Of a stretch of 63,528 nucleotides of DNA, positions 37,901 through 52,900 are shown one piece after another. Within the stretch, counting starts at the first letter, position 1, and every line of letters begins with the position of its first letter. The notes below the pieces were generated by a model that saw only the letters and a list, made by a program, of their open reading frames with translations, searched no databases and was not told the origin of the DNA. A program made the translations under genes and the position numbers. This DNA is from Phoronis australis. Taxonomy: Eukaryota > Animalia > Phoronida. The stretch lies in assembly GCA_002633005.1 (NCBI GenBank), contig NMRA01001013.1, positions 6,858 to 70,385 of the forward strand, read 5' to 3'.

Positions 37901-40900
37901 AGCTCAACATATGCAGTGCTTGGCTAACAGCATCTTGCACAATAGTTTTACTTGCTGCTGTTCTGATGACGCGATCCACTATTTCTTTACCCATAGTTTG
38001 ACTAGACCTACTCTCATGTTCCATGGCAGGCTCGTCTGCAGGTGACAACATGTCATCTCCACCAATTTCTACGTCACCAACACCAACATTATCCTCGGTG
38101 TCAGCTTCACAACTATCCTCGTCTGATGTCTGACTAAAACTTTCCCTCGTTTGCTTCCTTCGTTTCTTGCGTGATCTCTTCTTAGGGACCTTCAAGTGGT
38201 CCATCCTGCTCCCAGACTGTCCTGTATCAGCCTCTGTGGCCCCCTTCCCTGTGACGGGCGAGGGAGTGTACTTGATGGTAAATGTCTCGGTGGTGAAGCC
38301 CCCTCTGGACTGATGCTCTCTCAACTTGGCCTGGAACTTTGCCTTCAAGTCCTCAAGGTCCTTCATGATTTGCCTAAAACAAAATTAACCTGCTGTCAAG
38401 ACCCAAGCGTTTAGAGCGTATAATTTGCTTAAATGAGAGACACACGAGTCCAAGCATTGCTCGACTCAAACAAAGTTCTACAGAATGGCTGTACTAGTTC
38501 AGTGGTCGGCAACGTAGAGCACACGAGTCAGATCCGGTTCACCTTTATCCATTTTGAGCAATCTAGTAGACTTTGAAAAGTGTTCAAAGTTGATCCACAC
38601 TGTTGAGGGTTGATGAGGGTTACAGGGCATTATTTCATTTTAACGACTGAAGGGATCTAGTCGCTGTTGATATCACTATGATAAAATCCTACCACTAGAC
38701 TTATACTGTAACTACTAAATGGTATGAAGGTAATAAGCATTATTGATTATATGCTACTTATGTGACTGCCAAAAATCGTTGTACACATAGTAGGTCTTAA
38801 TCAGTCATACTTCACTAAATTGTACACGTATAAGGTCTAATTCAGTCAAACCTCACTACATTGTACACATAGCAATACTTATCCAGACAAACCTCACTAA
38901 ATTGTACACATAGCAGTACTTATTCAGCTAGCCTTCACTACATTGGACACACAGCAGGTCTTATCCAGCAGGACCTCACTACACTGTACACAAAGCAGGT
39001 CTTATTCAGCCAGACATCACTACACTGTACACAAAGCAGGTCTTATTCAGTGACATGTCACTCACTACATTACCACTTCACAAAGCCCGCCTCATTAACA
39101 TAATGAGCATCCTCACCAAAAAGATCACAAATGTCACCTGACACTCCCAGCCTTGTCTTTGCACCAGTTATAACAAATGTTTTGGAGAAGTAGAAAAACA
39201 AAGACAACGGCAGTCTGTTTTTTTAAAAAAAAATCATGACATATACCATGGAGCCTTTGATAATCAAATATGTAAAGGGGTGCTTGCTGGCATTAGTGCA
39301 CTTTTTTGTCCAGCAAAAAGCATCCTTTGCAACCACAAATGGAACTAAAAACCATCACAAGGTAAGATGAATGTTAGAAGTTTACAACAAAGCTTTACTC
39401 ACTTAACCTGCAACTTTGAAATACTGAAATATGACCCTACAAACCCAAAAAAACGTGTCCATCCCTGTTCTAGATCTATTTTGTCTATGTGACAAGGCAG
39501 GCTGCTCCTTACTTTGTGTGGAAAGGTCAGACTTAGGCCAAAATTTTGACATAATAAACAGAGAGTAACTCGATATTACTCACTCTACATTTCTGTGAAG
39601 TGAAGTTGTTGAATCTGATCGAGGTTCAGCTGGCAGTCCTGGTGTGGTTGGTGCAGTGTGACGCTCATCCTGTCCTTGTGCATAGTCCAGCAGTGTAGGG
39701 TGACTTAACTGGATGTGTTGCTCTGTGAAGCGGGTCAGGTGAGACGGGAAGGATGGGTAGTCTGATGATGTCGTGTACGTTGTGTAAGAGGGAACCGCCT
39801 CCTGCATAGGGATATCAGTGTTCAAATTTGAGTGTTTTGAGACAATGGGTTATTTTTACTGTGATGAGTGGAAATTCCACAATACATGCAGAACCCCTGG
39901 ATTCACAAGATACTGAACATTTTCAAAAACATGCTATAATGTTTCCTCCAACCACATAGTGGAAGATAACATATCTTCATGTGTGTATAATCATAAACCA
40001 GATGCAGGAGTTTATATCAGAGATCCACACTTCAATCATTATATCATCACATGGAGGATGAACAATGGCATCATGGTTTGTTAGTACTAGACTGTCAACA
40101 GTTGAATACTGTTAGAATTTCGTAAGCTCTTGAAAAGTGAATTTTTTTGGAAATCATTTTTGTCCATAAACTGAGAGGTCTATACAATGATACAGCAACA
40201 AAATCATTTAGTTTGTTTCATAAATACATTTATGACAACAAGGTCAGTCATACTGTTAATCATTGGTAACTAATGACAACCACTGTACCGTGCACGGTGT
40301 GACATCCACTCTGTCATGACTCACTTCTACTGAACTGACAGGCTTGACAGACAACTACAAAACACAAAATTGAAGAAAAGATTGGTTAAAAAATAAACAC
40401 AAACACACGAAACTGAAGCAACACATTGATATGTCAGCAATAAACTTTGATGAGACAAACCAACTGTAGTCTGATCCCAACCCTGTATGGTTATAACTGC
40501 ATCACCTTATGATGAATTTGTCCAAATGAGGTCTATTGAGTTGCACGCAATATATTTGACAGCACATTGCTAGAACCAGTGTTACACACACAGCCATGTG
40601 TTACCAATTACACTATGTTACACACACAGTCATGTGTTACCAATTACACTATGTTACGGAGCATGAAAAACGGCCAAATCTCTAGAACCAAGGTATTCAA
40701 TGAATAACTAGATCTGTAAATTATTCACTGAATACAAGGCAGGAGAATAGCTGTGTTCACAGAGAGGGTTCTGGTGAGCCATACTACTAAACATCTGGCA
40801 AAAATGATTAATCACATATTAATCTGGCTATGAAATGAGCTAGTGAAGACCCTCATATAGCTTACCAACCACATACCAACAGTTCAAAGGTCAACTCGTC

Positions 40901-43900
40901 ACATGACTTACCATGACTTGACCATGACACGAGCCAGTGAAGTCCATGACATTGTACCATCCACAGATCTCGTGCAATCCAAAAGTCAGAGGGGACAGAT
41001 CAACAGATACAAAGCCAATAACAGTTCCCATTGACTGTGCTGAAAGTGTACAAAACAGTTGCCTTTAGTGGAATGTTAACTTGTTCCAACTTACCAACTG
41101 CTGTAATATCCCTAAAAAAAGTCTACTGACAGAAGTAAAAAGTATCACAGCAGTCAAACTACCAATAACATAGATCTCTCTAGATAATCAATACAAAAAA
41201 GACAATTAATCTGTAAAGAAAAACATTTAAATCATCCATGACAGAATTATCAGTAAAGACCTCATGGGTGGGCATAACTGGTAGTTTCTATTAGTCAGAG
41301 GAGTAAGACATTTGCATGGATGAAATAGTAAATTTGTAATAATATCCACATTAAGTTGTACAAATGACATATATTTTATCATTTCTTTTCATGGATACTT
41401 GTACACTTGTTTGACTTCTCACCAGTGTTCTCTTGAGATTCCTGCTGATGCCAGACTTTAAACATTAAATTCTGTAGAAGAAAACAAAACAGTTAACTGA
41501 CATCATAATCATAGTTCAAACTGAGACAATGTAACAAAAATAATGCTGAGGATTATAACAATTTCTTGGCACGCAATGTAAGAGTATTGGTGAGAGATAG
41601 TTAGTAACCACAACTGACACCAGGTGGTGTCATGTGTACATTCTTCACCTTGCCTTCCTTGGTCAGATGGTCCATGTGAAGTCTGCACTCTTGTACATGG
41701 TGCCACACAGGATCACAACTGTTAGGCACACAGCTAGTAAAGATGGGTTGAGAGCTGTCTGCAGTCTGGTATGATACACAGCTATTGGGGCATGTCACAG
41801 CACTGAAATAACAGCAATGCAAAGTGACTTCATTTGACAAGTCAAATCAAAGCGTACATGGCACTTTGTGTGCAATCACTCAAGACAAGCTACAGCTCAT
41901 TAAAAAAAGTCTGTGTCTGTCAAGTCTGCAGCAACACATTTCATTCATAACACAACTGTGAACAATTTCAAGACAACAAACTCATGTTCACAGAAAATGT
42001 CCATGTAAGCCAGGGTTTAAGATGAAGTGACTGTTAATGAAAACCTACAACAACCTCTCACTTATTTAGTTGGAGTGAAATAGGAACACATTAAGGTTAT
42101 CTACGACCTTAAAAAATGACCTGAACTCTAAGTCAAATATCAAAAAACCATGCTTTGTCAACCTTCTGAAAGGAAAAAAGGTTGAGGATTCTAAAAATAT
42201 GCTTCCTACTACTGCGTCTTTATTATTGTCCCGTAACCATGGTTTTTTAAGTCACATTTTCATGTGCAAGAAAGGTACATTCATAGCAAAATCACCCCCC
42301 AGTTGATTTTACTAAAACTTTTTTAAATGAAAATTTTATATTATGACTCAAATACGCTGTTAGGATTTTGCTTTAAAATGCCTAGTTTTTGCTTACTGCT
42401 GTTTTTTTTTACAAAAATGCCTTGTTTTGCGAGTAATTTGGCAAAAACATCCGAACTAAGTGAATAATAAAAAATTCCTAACAGTGTTTTTGAGACATAA
42501 CGTAATATTTCATTTAAAAAGTTGTAGTAAAATTGACTGGGGGGTTATTTTGCTATTTATGTAACTTTCTTGCACATGAAAAGTTGACTTAAAAATGTGG
42601 TCATGTGACAATAATAAAGGAACAGCAGTAAGAAGCATATTTTCTGAATCCTCAATCTTTCTCCTTTCAGAAAATGTATACTTTTAATGGTTGAAAAAGC
42701 ATAGTTTTTTGATATTTGAATTAGGGTTGAGGTCATTTATTAAGGCCCTAGATAACTTAAGCTAATTTCAGTGTTACGTAACAACTGATCCTACAAGACA
42801 CCAAAATAAGACTTACCCTTGTGAGTCAGAGAGACAAGACAAGTGCAGTGCCCTCTCTACACACACTGTCACTTCAAACGTACTGTCATGTGACCCCGCC
42901 ACCACAAGTTCCTCCCTCCCATACAAATCTTCCTCAACACTTGGCCTCTCCCCTGCTTTCCTTTCCTTCCGAAAACCAGGCCTCTCTCCAGCCCTGCCTA
43001 GCACATCTTGTGCACTGGGCACTTGGCTGTCAGAGTCTGACACAGACACACTGTCAGTCACCTCAGTCTCACTCTGTAACACATGCATTTCACAAATTTC
43101 AGACAGGATGACTAGTGATGACTAGGGATGACTAGTCAGGATGAGAATGTGAATTGCACTTACTGGTTCATAAAACAATGAAAATAGTAAGTTAAAAAAC
43201 TAACTTTTACAATGAAATTTTCTTTTATTTTGTAAACTAATATACAATCACTTTTATCAATTTTTCTACCAGCACATTGTGAAGGTCGTCCAAGCACGGC
43301 TTGTTTAAGAGTATTATTCACAAACCAATTGAACATAAAACTTTTGTCTCTTTACATAAAAAAGAATGTTGTTGCATGATGAATTGTTACCGTGGCAACC
43401 TAGTGCAGCTAGTCCAAGTGTATGTATATTGTATTTGGTATTTTGCAGCATACCTACTATTATTGTATAAAATGGAACTATGGGTCATTGACTTAGTATT
43501 CACTAACGATGTTGAAATACTGATGATCAATTTTTCTTTTTTAACTTTCAACGCTAACTGTTTTATGATGACATTGAGCGCAGAAATTCTTAAAAGCTAA
43601 GTATTAGTAAGTTTAATTTCTAAGTCCCACTCAGCGTTAAATAGGTCAAGCCAAAAAGAAGTTCTACTGTTTTCCATATTGACTCGAGTTGATTAGCCGC
43701 AATATCCTGACGAGGTAAAGCCTCACTACCTGAATAAGCTTCATGTTATCTTCCTTTCGTGTGATGCCCACTTGTATATAGGCCCCATCTAGTCCAGCGA
43801 CACCAGGCTTGAACAGTGGGAACAGGCCGCTGTAGAAAACAGGAATAGAAACTGAGTGGCTTAATGGATAATGAGTAGTAACTGCAATAAACACCATGTT

Positions 43901-46900
43901 TAGAAATGCTTGGCAACTAAAGGAACTTCTGAGAGTATTTAGTAAATAACCAGTTTTCAGCAATTGTCCCAGATATGACAACCAGTTTTCTCTACTGGAT
44001 AACAGGCGTCAAACTGGTTCTCAAATCCAGGACCCAGTAAGTGACTATTGCCCAATTTCGAACTGATAATGAACGCATGGGGTCGCAGCCAACAGGCAGA
44101 CTTGAGAGCTAGCAGTCTTTCTTTATCAGATAACAAGAAAACACATATAAAGCTTCAGACAACCGAGCTCATACAACTACCTGACTTTGTGTGACCTGCA
44201 TTCCTTTCGGGCCAAGGTTTCCATGGGAACATAAGCTGATCCAATCAGGCGATCTCGCTGTTTTGGTCTTTCCTCGCTCCTCCTGTGTCCATGGCTCACC
44301 CACAACTGAATCTCCAGCCACTCTTCATTTAAGTACCTGATAAAGGACAGTACTCAAGTACCTCTTCACTAGTCTTGAGGATAGCAGCTTTAACTAATCA
44401 CCAGAAAGTTGCTAGTAATACATACCCCAGCCCAATTTTGTGATATGTACCCCAGCCTGACTTTGTGATATGTACCCCAGCCTGACTTTGTGATATGTAC
44501 CCCAGCCTGACTTTGTGATATGTACCCCAGCCTGACTTTGTGATATGTACCCCAGCCTGACTTTGTGATATGTACCCCAGCCTGACTTTGTGATATGTAC
44601 CCCAGCCTGACTTTGTGATATGTACCCCAGCCTGACTTTGTGATATGTACCCCAGCCTGACTTTGTGATATGTACCCCAGCCTGACTTTGTGATATGTAC
44701 CCCAGCCTGACTTTGTGATATGTACCCCAGCCTGACTTTGTGATATGTACCCCAGCCTGACTTTGTGATATGTACCCCAGCCTGACTTTGTGATATGTAC
44801 CCCAGCCTGACTTTGTGATATGTACCCCAGCCTGACTTTGTGATATGTACCCCAGCCTGACTTTGTGATATGTACCCCAGCCTGACTTTGTGATATGTAC
44901 CCCAGCCTGACTTTGTGATATGTACCCCAGCCTGACTTTGTGATATGTACCCCAGCCTGACTTTGTGATATGTACCCCAGCCTGACTTTGTGATATGTAC
45001 CCCAGCCTGACTTTGTGATATGTACCCCAGCCTGACTTTGTGATATGTACCCCAGCCTGACTTTGTGATATGTACCCCAGCCTGACTTTGTGATATGTAC
45101 CCCAGCCTGACTTTGTGATATGTACCCCAGCCTGACTTTGTGATATGTACCCCAGCCTGACTTTGTGATATGTACCCCAGCCTGACTTTGTGATATGTAC
45201 CCCAGCCTGACTTTGTGATATGTACCCCAGCCTGACTTTGTGATATGTACCCCAGCCTGACTTTGTGATATGTACCCCAGCCTGACTTTGTGATATGTAC
45301 CCCAGCCTGACTTTGTGATATGTACCCCAGCCTGACTTTGTGATATGTACCCCAGCCTGACTTTGTGATATGTACCCCAGCCTGACTTTGTGATATGTAC
45401 CCCAGCCTGACTTTGTGATATGTACCCCAGCCTGACTTTGTGATATGTACCCCAGCCTGACTTTGTGATATGTACCCCAGCCTGACTTTGTGATATGTAC
45501 CCCAGCCTGACTTTGTGATATGTACCCCAGCCTGACTTTGTGATATGTACCCCAGCCTGACTTTGTGATATGTACCCCAGCCTGACTTTGTGATATGTAC
45601 CCCAGCCTGACTTTGTGATATGTACCCCAGCCTGACTTTGTGATATGTACCCCAGCCTGACTTTGTGATATGTACCCCAGCCTGACTTTGTGATATGTAC
45701 CCCAGCCTGACTTTGTGATATGTACCCCAGCCTGACTTTGTGATATGTACCCCAGCCTGACTTTGTGATATGTACCCCAGCCTGACTTTGTGATATGTAC
45801 CCCAGCCTGACTTTGTGATATGTACCCCAGCCTGACTTTGTGATATGTACCCCAGCCTGACTTTGTGATATGTACCCCAGCCTGACTTTGTGATATGTAC
45901 CCCAGCCTGACTTTGTGATATGTACCCCAGCCTGACTTTGTGATATGTACCCCAGCCTGACTTTGTGATATGTACCCCAGCCTGACTTTGTGATATGTAC
46001 CCCAGCCTGACTTTGTGATATGTACCCCAGCCTGACTTTGTGATATGTACCCCAGCCTGACTTTGTGATATGTACCCCAGCCTGACTTTGTGATATGTAC
46101 CCCAGCCTGACTTTGTGATATGTACCCCAGCCTGACTTTGTGATATGTACCCCAGCCTGACTTTGTGATATGTACCCCAGCCTGACTTTGTGATATGTAC
46201 CCCAGCCTGACTTTGTGATATGTACCCCAGCCTGACTTTGTGATATGTACCCCAGCCTGACTTTGTGATATGTACCCCAGCCTGACTTTGTGATATGTAC
46301 CCCAGCCTGACTTTGTGATATGTACCCCAGCCTGACTTTGTGATATGTACCCCAGCCTGACTTTGTGATATGTACCCCAGCCTGACTTTGTGATATGTAC
46401 CCCAGCCTGACTTTGTGATATGTACCCCAGCCTGACTTTGTGATATGTACCCCAGCCTGACTTTGTGATATGTACCCCAGCCTGACTTTGTGATATGTAC
46501 CCCAGCCTGACTTTGTGATATGTACCCCAGCCTGACTTTGTGATATGTACCCCAGCCTGACTTTGTGATATGTACCCCAGCCTGACTTTGTGATATGTAC
46601 CCCAGCCTGACTTTGTGATATGTACCCCAGCCTGACTTTGTGATATGTACCCCAGCCTGACTTTGTGATATGTACCCCAGCCTGACTTTGTGATATGTAC
46701 CCCAGCCTGACTTTGTGATATGTACCCCAGCCTGACTTTGTGATATGTACCCCAGCCTGACTTTGTGATATGTACCCCAGCCTGACTTTGTGATATGTAC
46801 CCCAGCCTGACTTTGTGATATGTACCCCAGCCTGACTTTGTGATATGTACCCCAGCCTGACTTTGTGATATGTACCCCAGCCTGACTTTGTGATATGTAC

Positions 46901-49900
46901 CCCAGCCTGACTTTGTGATATGTACCCCAGCCTGACTTTGTGATATGTACCCCAGCCTGACTTTGTGATATGTACCCCAGCCTGACTTTGTGATATGTAC
47001 CCCAGCCTGACTTTGTGATATGTACCCCAGCCTGACTTTGTGATATGTACCCCAGCCTGACTTTGTGATATGTACCCCAGCCTGACTTTGTGATATGTAC
47101 CCCAGCCTGACTTTGTGATATGTACCCCAGCCTGACTTTGTGATATGTACCCCAGCCTGACTTTGTGATATGTACCCCAGCCTGACTTTGTGATATGTAC
47201 CCCAGCCTGACTTTGTGATATGTACCCCAGCCTGACTTTGTGATATGTACCCCAGCCTGACTTTGTGATATGTACCCCAGCCTGACTTTGTGATATGTAC
47301 CCCAGCCTGACTTTGTGATATGTACCCCAGCCTGACTTTGTGATATGTACCCCAGCCTGACTTTGTGATATGTACCCCAGCCTGACTTTGTGATATGTAC
47401 CCCAGCCTGACTTTGTGATATGTACCCCAGCCTGACTTTGTGATATGTACCCCAGCCTGACTTNGTCCACGACATTGTACCATCCACAGATCTCGTGCAG
47501 TCCAAAAGTCAGAGGGGACAGATCAACAGATACAAAGCCAATAACAGTTCCCATTGACTGTGCTGAAAGTGTACAAAACACTTGCATTTAGTGGAATGTT
47601 AACTTGTTCCAACTTACCAACTGCTGTAATATCCCTAATAAAAGTCTACTGACAGAGGTAAAAAGTATCACAGCAGTCAAACTACCAATAACATAGATCT
47701 CTCTAGATAATCAATACAAAAAAGACGATTAATCTGTAAAGAAAAACATTTAAATCATCCATGCCAGAATTATCAGTAAAGACCTCACGGGTAGTTTCTA
47801 TTAGTCAGAGGAGTAAGACATTTGCATGGATGAAATAGTAAATTTATAATAATATCCACATTAAGTTGTACAAAGACTTCCAATGACATATATTTTATCA
47901 CTTCTTTTCATGGATACTTGTACACTTGTTTGACTTCTCACCAGTGTTCTCTTGAGATTCCTGCTGATGCCAGACTTTAAACATCAAATTCTGTAGAAGA
48001 AAACAAAACAGTTAACTGACATCATAATCATAGTTCAAACTGAGACAATGTAACAAAAATAATGCTGAGGATTATAACAATTTCTTGGCACGCAATGTAA
48101 GAGTATTGGTGAGAGACAGTTAGTAACCACAACTGACACCAGGTGGTGTCATGTGTATGTCCTTCACCTTGCCTTCCTTGGTCAGATGGTCCATGTGAAG
48201 TCTGCACTCCTGTACATGGTGCCATACAGGATCACAACTGTTAGGCACACAGCTAGTAAAGATGGGTTGAGATCTGTCTGCAGTCTGGTATGACACACGG
48301 CTATTGGGGCACGTCACAGCACTGAAATAACAGCAATGCAAAGTGACTTCATTTGACAAGTCAAATCAAAGCGTACATGGCACTTTGAGTGCAATCACTC
48401 AAGACAAGCTACAGCTCATTAAAAAAAGTCTGTATCTGTCAAGTCTGCAGCAACACATTTCATTCATAACACAACTGTGAACAATTTCAAGACAACAAAC
48501 TCATGTTCACAGAAAATGTCCATGTAAGCCAGGGTTTAAGATGAAGTGACTGTTAATGAAAACCTACAACAACCTCTCACTTATATAGTTGGAGTGAAAT
48601 AGGAACAGATTAAAGTTATCTACGACCTTAATAAACGACCTGAACTCTAAGTCAAATATCAAAAAACTATGCTTTGTCAACCTTAAAAAGTATGTCTCCT
48701 GAAAGGAAAAAGGTCGAGGATTCTAAAAATATGCTTCTTACTACTGCATCTTTATTATTGTCCCGTAACCATAGTTTTTTTTAAGTCAAATTTTCATGTG
48801 CAAGAAAGGTACTTTCATAGCAAAATAACCCCCCAGTTGATTTTACTAAAACTTTTTTAAATGAAAATTTTATACTATGACTCAAATACGCTGTTAGGAT
48901 TTTGCTTTAAAATGCCTAGTTTTTGCTTACCGAGTGATATAAGTATAAGACCGCTGTTTTTTTTTTTTACAAAAATGCCTCGTGTTTTGCGAGTTAATTT
49001 GGCAAAAACGCCCGAACTAAGTGAATAATAAAAAATTCCTAACAGTGCTTTTGACACATAACGTAAAATTTCATTAAAAAAAGTTGTAGTAAAATTGACT
49101 GGGGGGGGGGGTTATTTTGCTATATATGTACCTTTCTTGCACATGAAAAGTTGACTTAAAAACGTGTCATGTGACAATAATAAAGACACAGCAGTGAGAA
49201 GCATATTTTCTGAATCCTCAATCTTTCTCCTATCAGAAAATGTATACTTTTAATGGCTGAAAAAGCATAGTTTTTCCATATTTGACTTAGGGTTGAGGTC
49301 ATTTATTAAGGCCCTAGATAACCTTAAGCTAATTTCAGTGTTACGTAACAACTGATCCTACAAGACACCAAAATAGGACTTACCCTTGTGAGTCCGAGAG
49401 ACAAGACAAGTGCAGTGCCCTCTCTACACACACTGTCACTTCAAACGCACTGTCATGTGACCCCGCCACCACAAGTTCCTCCCTCCCATACAAATCCTCC
49501 TCAACAATTGGCCTCTCCCCTGCTTTCCTTTCCTTCCCAAAACCAGGCCTCTCTCCAGCTCTGCCTAGCACATCTTGTGCACTGGGCACTTGGCTGTCAG
49601 AGTCTGACACAGACACAATGTCAGTCACCTCAGTCTCACTCTGTAACACATGCATTTCACATTTCAGACAGGATGACTAGTGATGACTAGGGATGACTAG
49701 TGATGACTAGTCAGGATGAGAATGTGAATTGCACTTACTGGTTCATAAAACAATGAAAATAGCGAGTTAAGAAACTAACTAGTACAATGAAATTTTCATT
49801 TATTTTGTAAACTAATATACAATCGCTTTTATCAATTTTTCTACCAGCACATTGTGAAGGTCGTCCAAGCATGGCTTGTTTAAGAGTATTATTCACAAAC

Positions 49901-52900
49901 CAATTGAACATAAAATGTTTGTCTCTTTACCTAAAAAAGGAATGTTGTTGCATGATGAATTGTTACCATGGCAACCTAGTGCAGCTAGTCCAAGTGTATG
50001 TATATTGTATTTGGTATTTTGCAGCATACCTACTATTATTATTGTATAAAATAGAAATAGAACTATGGGTCATTGACTTTGTATTCAGTAACGATGTTGA
50101 AATGCTGATGATCAATTTTTCTTTTTTAAGTTTCAACACTAACTGTTTTATGATGACATTGAGCCCAGAAATTCATAAAAGCTAAGTATTAGTAAGTTTA
50201 ATTTCTAAGTTCCACTCAGCGTTAAATAGGTCAAGCCAAAAAGAAATTAGTTCTACTGTTTTCCATATTGACTAGAGTTGATTAGCAGCAATATCCTGAC
50301 GAGGTAAAGTCTCACTACCTGAATAAGCTTCATGTTATCTTCCTTTCGTGTGATGCCCACTTGTATATAGGCCCCATCTAGTCCAGCGACACCAGGCTTG
50401 AACAGTGGGAACAGGCCGCTGTAGAAAACAGGAATAGAAACTGAGTGGCTTAATGGATAATGAGTAATAACTGCAATAAACACCATGTTTAGAAATGCTT
50501 GGCAACTAAAGGAACTTGTCAGAATATGGTCTGACAGTATTTTTAGTTGTATTGTTTTGTTTTGTTATTCTGTTTGATTGGCATGACCCCTGAGTTAAGT
50601 ACAGTGATGATGTAATTTGTTTACTACAAAATAGTGTGGAACTTTCTAGGAGACTGAGGTCAGAACATTGATGATGTAATTTGTTTACTGCAGTATAGTG
50701 TGGAACTTTCTAGAAGACTCTAGCATGACAGTGATTAATGCAGTCTGGAATATTCTAGAGACTAGTACATGTTTGTAGAATGATTGGGTAGGTTCCAGAA
50801 AGTTCTGGTATGTGCTTGAATTGATGAAAAGTTCTAGAACAATGCATTAGGCTATAAATACACAAACACGGGTTTGTGTTAGTCAGTTGACTTGAGTCCA
50901 AGAAGATTAAGTCAGTTGAGTCCAAGAAGATCAAGTCGGGAGATCAAGAGAAGATCAACTAAGTTCAAGAAATTTAATCAGGAGAACTACAGTTGAGTTG
51001 CAGTGAAGAGAATCAGCAGTTACAGCGATGGTCAATAGGGAGCCAGCTATAGAAACAGCAGGTTATTGAACCAACGAGTGTAACAGTTGCTGGAAGTATC
51101 TCAAAGTTCATCACAAGTCAAAACTTCGCAGCACTGGCTGGAGCATAAACAGACATTACTTCGGACGTTTTGTTTGGGTAGGCTTGTGAACGCACAGTCG
51201 GGATTAATAAAGGATTAACTCGAACCAATCTTCAGTCAATCTTCGCACCAAAAGCTATTAGCACCGGTCTGTAACAACCTGCGCCCACCCACACACGGGG
51301 AAAAACGTGACAGAACTTCTGAGAGTATTTAATAAATAACCAGTTTTCAGCAATTGTCCCAGATATGACAACCAGTTTTCTTTACTGGATAACAGGCGTC
51401 AAAGTGGTTCTCCAATCCAGGACCCAGTAAGTGACTATTGCCCAATTTCGAACTGATAATGAACGCATGGGGTCGCAGCCAACAGGCAGACTTGAGAGCT
51501 AGCAGTCTTCCTTTATCAGATAACAAGAAAACACACATAAAGCTTCAGACAACCGAGCTCATACAACTACCTGACTTTGTGTGACCTGCATTCCTTTCGG
51601 GCCAAGGTTTCCATGGGAACATAAGCTGATCCAATCAGGCGATCTCGCTGTTTTGGTCTTTCCTCGCTCCTCCTGTGTCCATGGCTCACCCACAACTGAA
51701 TCTCCAGCCACTCTTCATTTAAGTACCTGATAAAGGACAGTACTCAAGTACCTCTTCACTAGTCTTGAGGATAGCAGCTTTAACTAATCACCAGAAAGTT
51801 GCTAGTAATACATACCCCAGCCCAATTTTGTGATATGTACCCCAGCCTGACTTTGTGATATGTACCCCAGCCTGACTTTGTGATATGTACCCCAGCCTGA
51901 CTTTGTGATATGTACCCCANAATTTTGTGATATGTATCTTAGCCTGACTTTGTACCATGTACCCTAACCCGGCTTTGTGATATGTAGCCCAGCCCGACTT
52001 TGTGATATGTACCCCAGCCCGATTTCGCGACAGGTACCCTAGCCCAACTTTGTGATATGCACCTCAGCCCGTCTTTGTCATTTGTAACCTAGCCTGACTT
52101 TGTGATGCATATCCTAGCTTCAGTTCACTAAATGGTCTACACAACATTCTACATCAAAACTTACCAGAAGAAAGCAGGAGAGTTGAGCACAGAGAATGAC
52201 TTGTGACAGTCTAGTCTGCTTGTGACGTGTTTCTTCTCGGTCTTATCCAGTCCACACAGTTTAGAGCATACAGCACCTAAAGTGGGAACAAAACAAACAT
52301 AGCTTCACCAATTGATAAATTAGCTCCACTTTTTATGTGGTACTTTATTACACATTCGTGGTAAGTACTCTTCATTTATTTTGCATTACTCGTTCAACGT
52401 ACACAACACGAGTTCTATAACCATTCCTTCACATGGTGAAGAGAATTTAAAGATACAAAAATAAAGAAATAGGGGCAACGAGGGCATTGATATGCGCACA
52501 CTCTGTGCGTTGCATATGTCACAGATACAAGAAACGATAATTATTTGAAACATTCCTTCTAGACGGAGCAATGCCAGTAAACTTAATAATCGCTTCTAGG
52601 GCGTGAAAAGTCATAAATGGTCTCCTCGATAGGAACACACCTGGCACCTTTCAGCAAGATTCTGCAAAAAGTTTGGAGGCTAACGGCAAAGGACAGAAAA
52701 ACAACAGAAAGGCCGCTAGGGGATGAAATGTAGGTCAAATCCATCTGAAACAGGGCCCTTGATGTTGAATATGTCATAGTAACTTATTAGGCAAATTTCC
52801 CTGAACATCAGTCGATGAACTTGGTAATCACTAACAGGCAAGAAATCCTCTGATGACATCTTCACATACTCTCAACACCAAGACGTTTAAGCATGAGGTG

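Noticed and set aside
38530-38600. Possible extra C2CD3 exon (cag...AAG|gtgaac)
   Set aside because: In the phase required by the flanking exons it contains a stop; direct splicing 39584 to 38373 keeps the frame.
44390-47587. Three ORFs of more than 1000 aa
   Set aside because: Read-through of a stop-free 25-bp satellite, joined across an N to a truncated C2CD3 exon copy; all frames give the same repeat.
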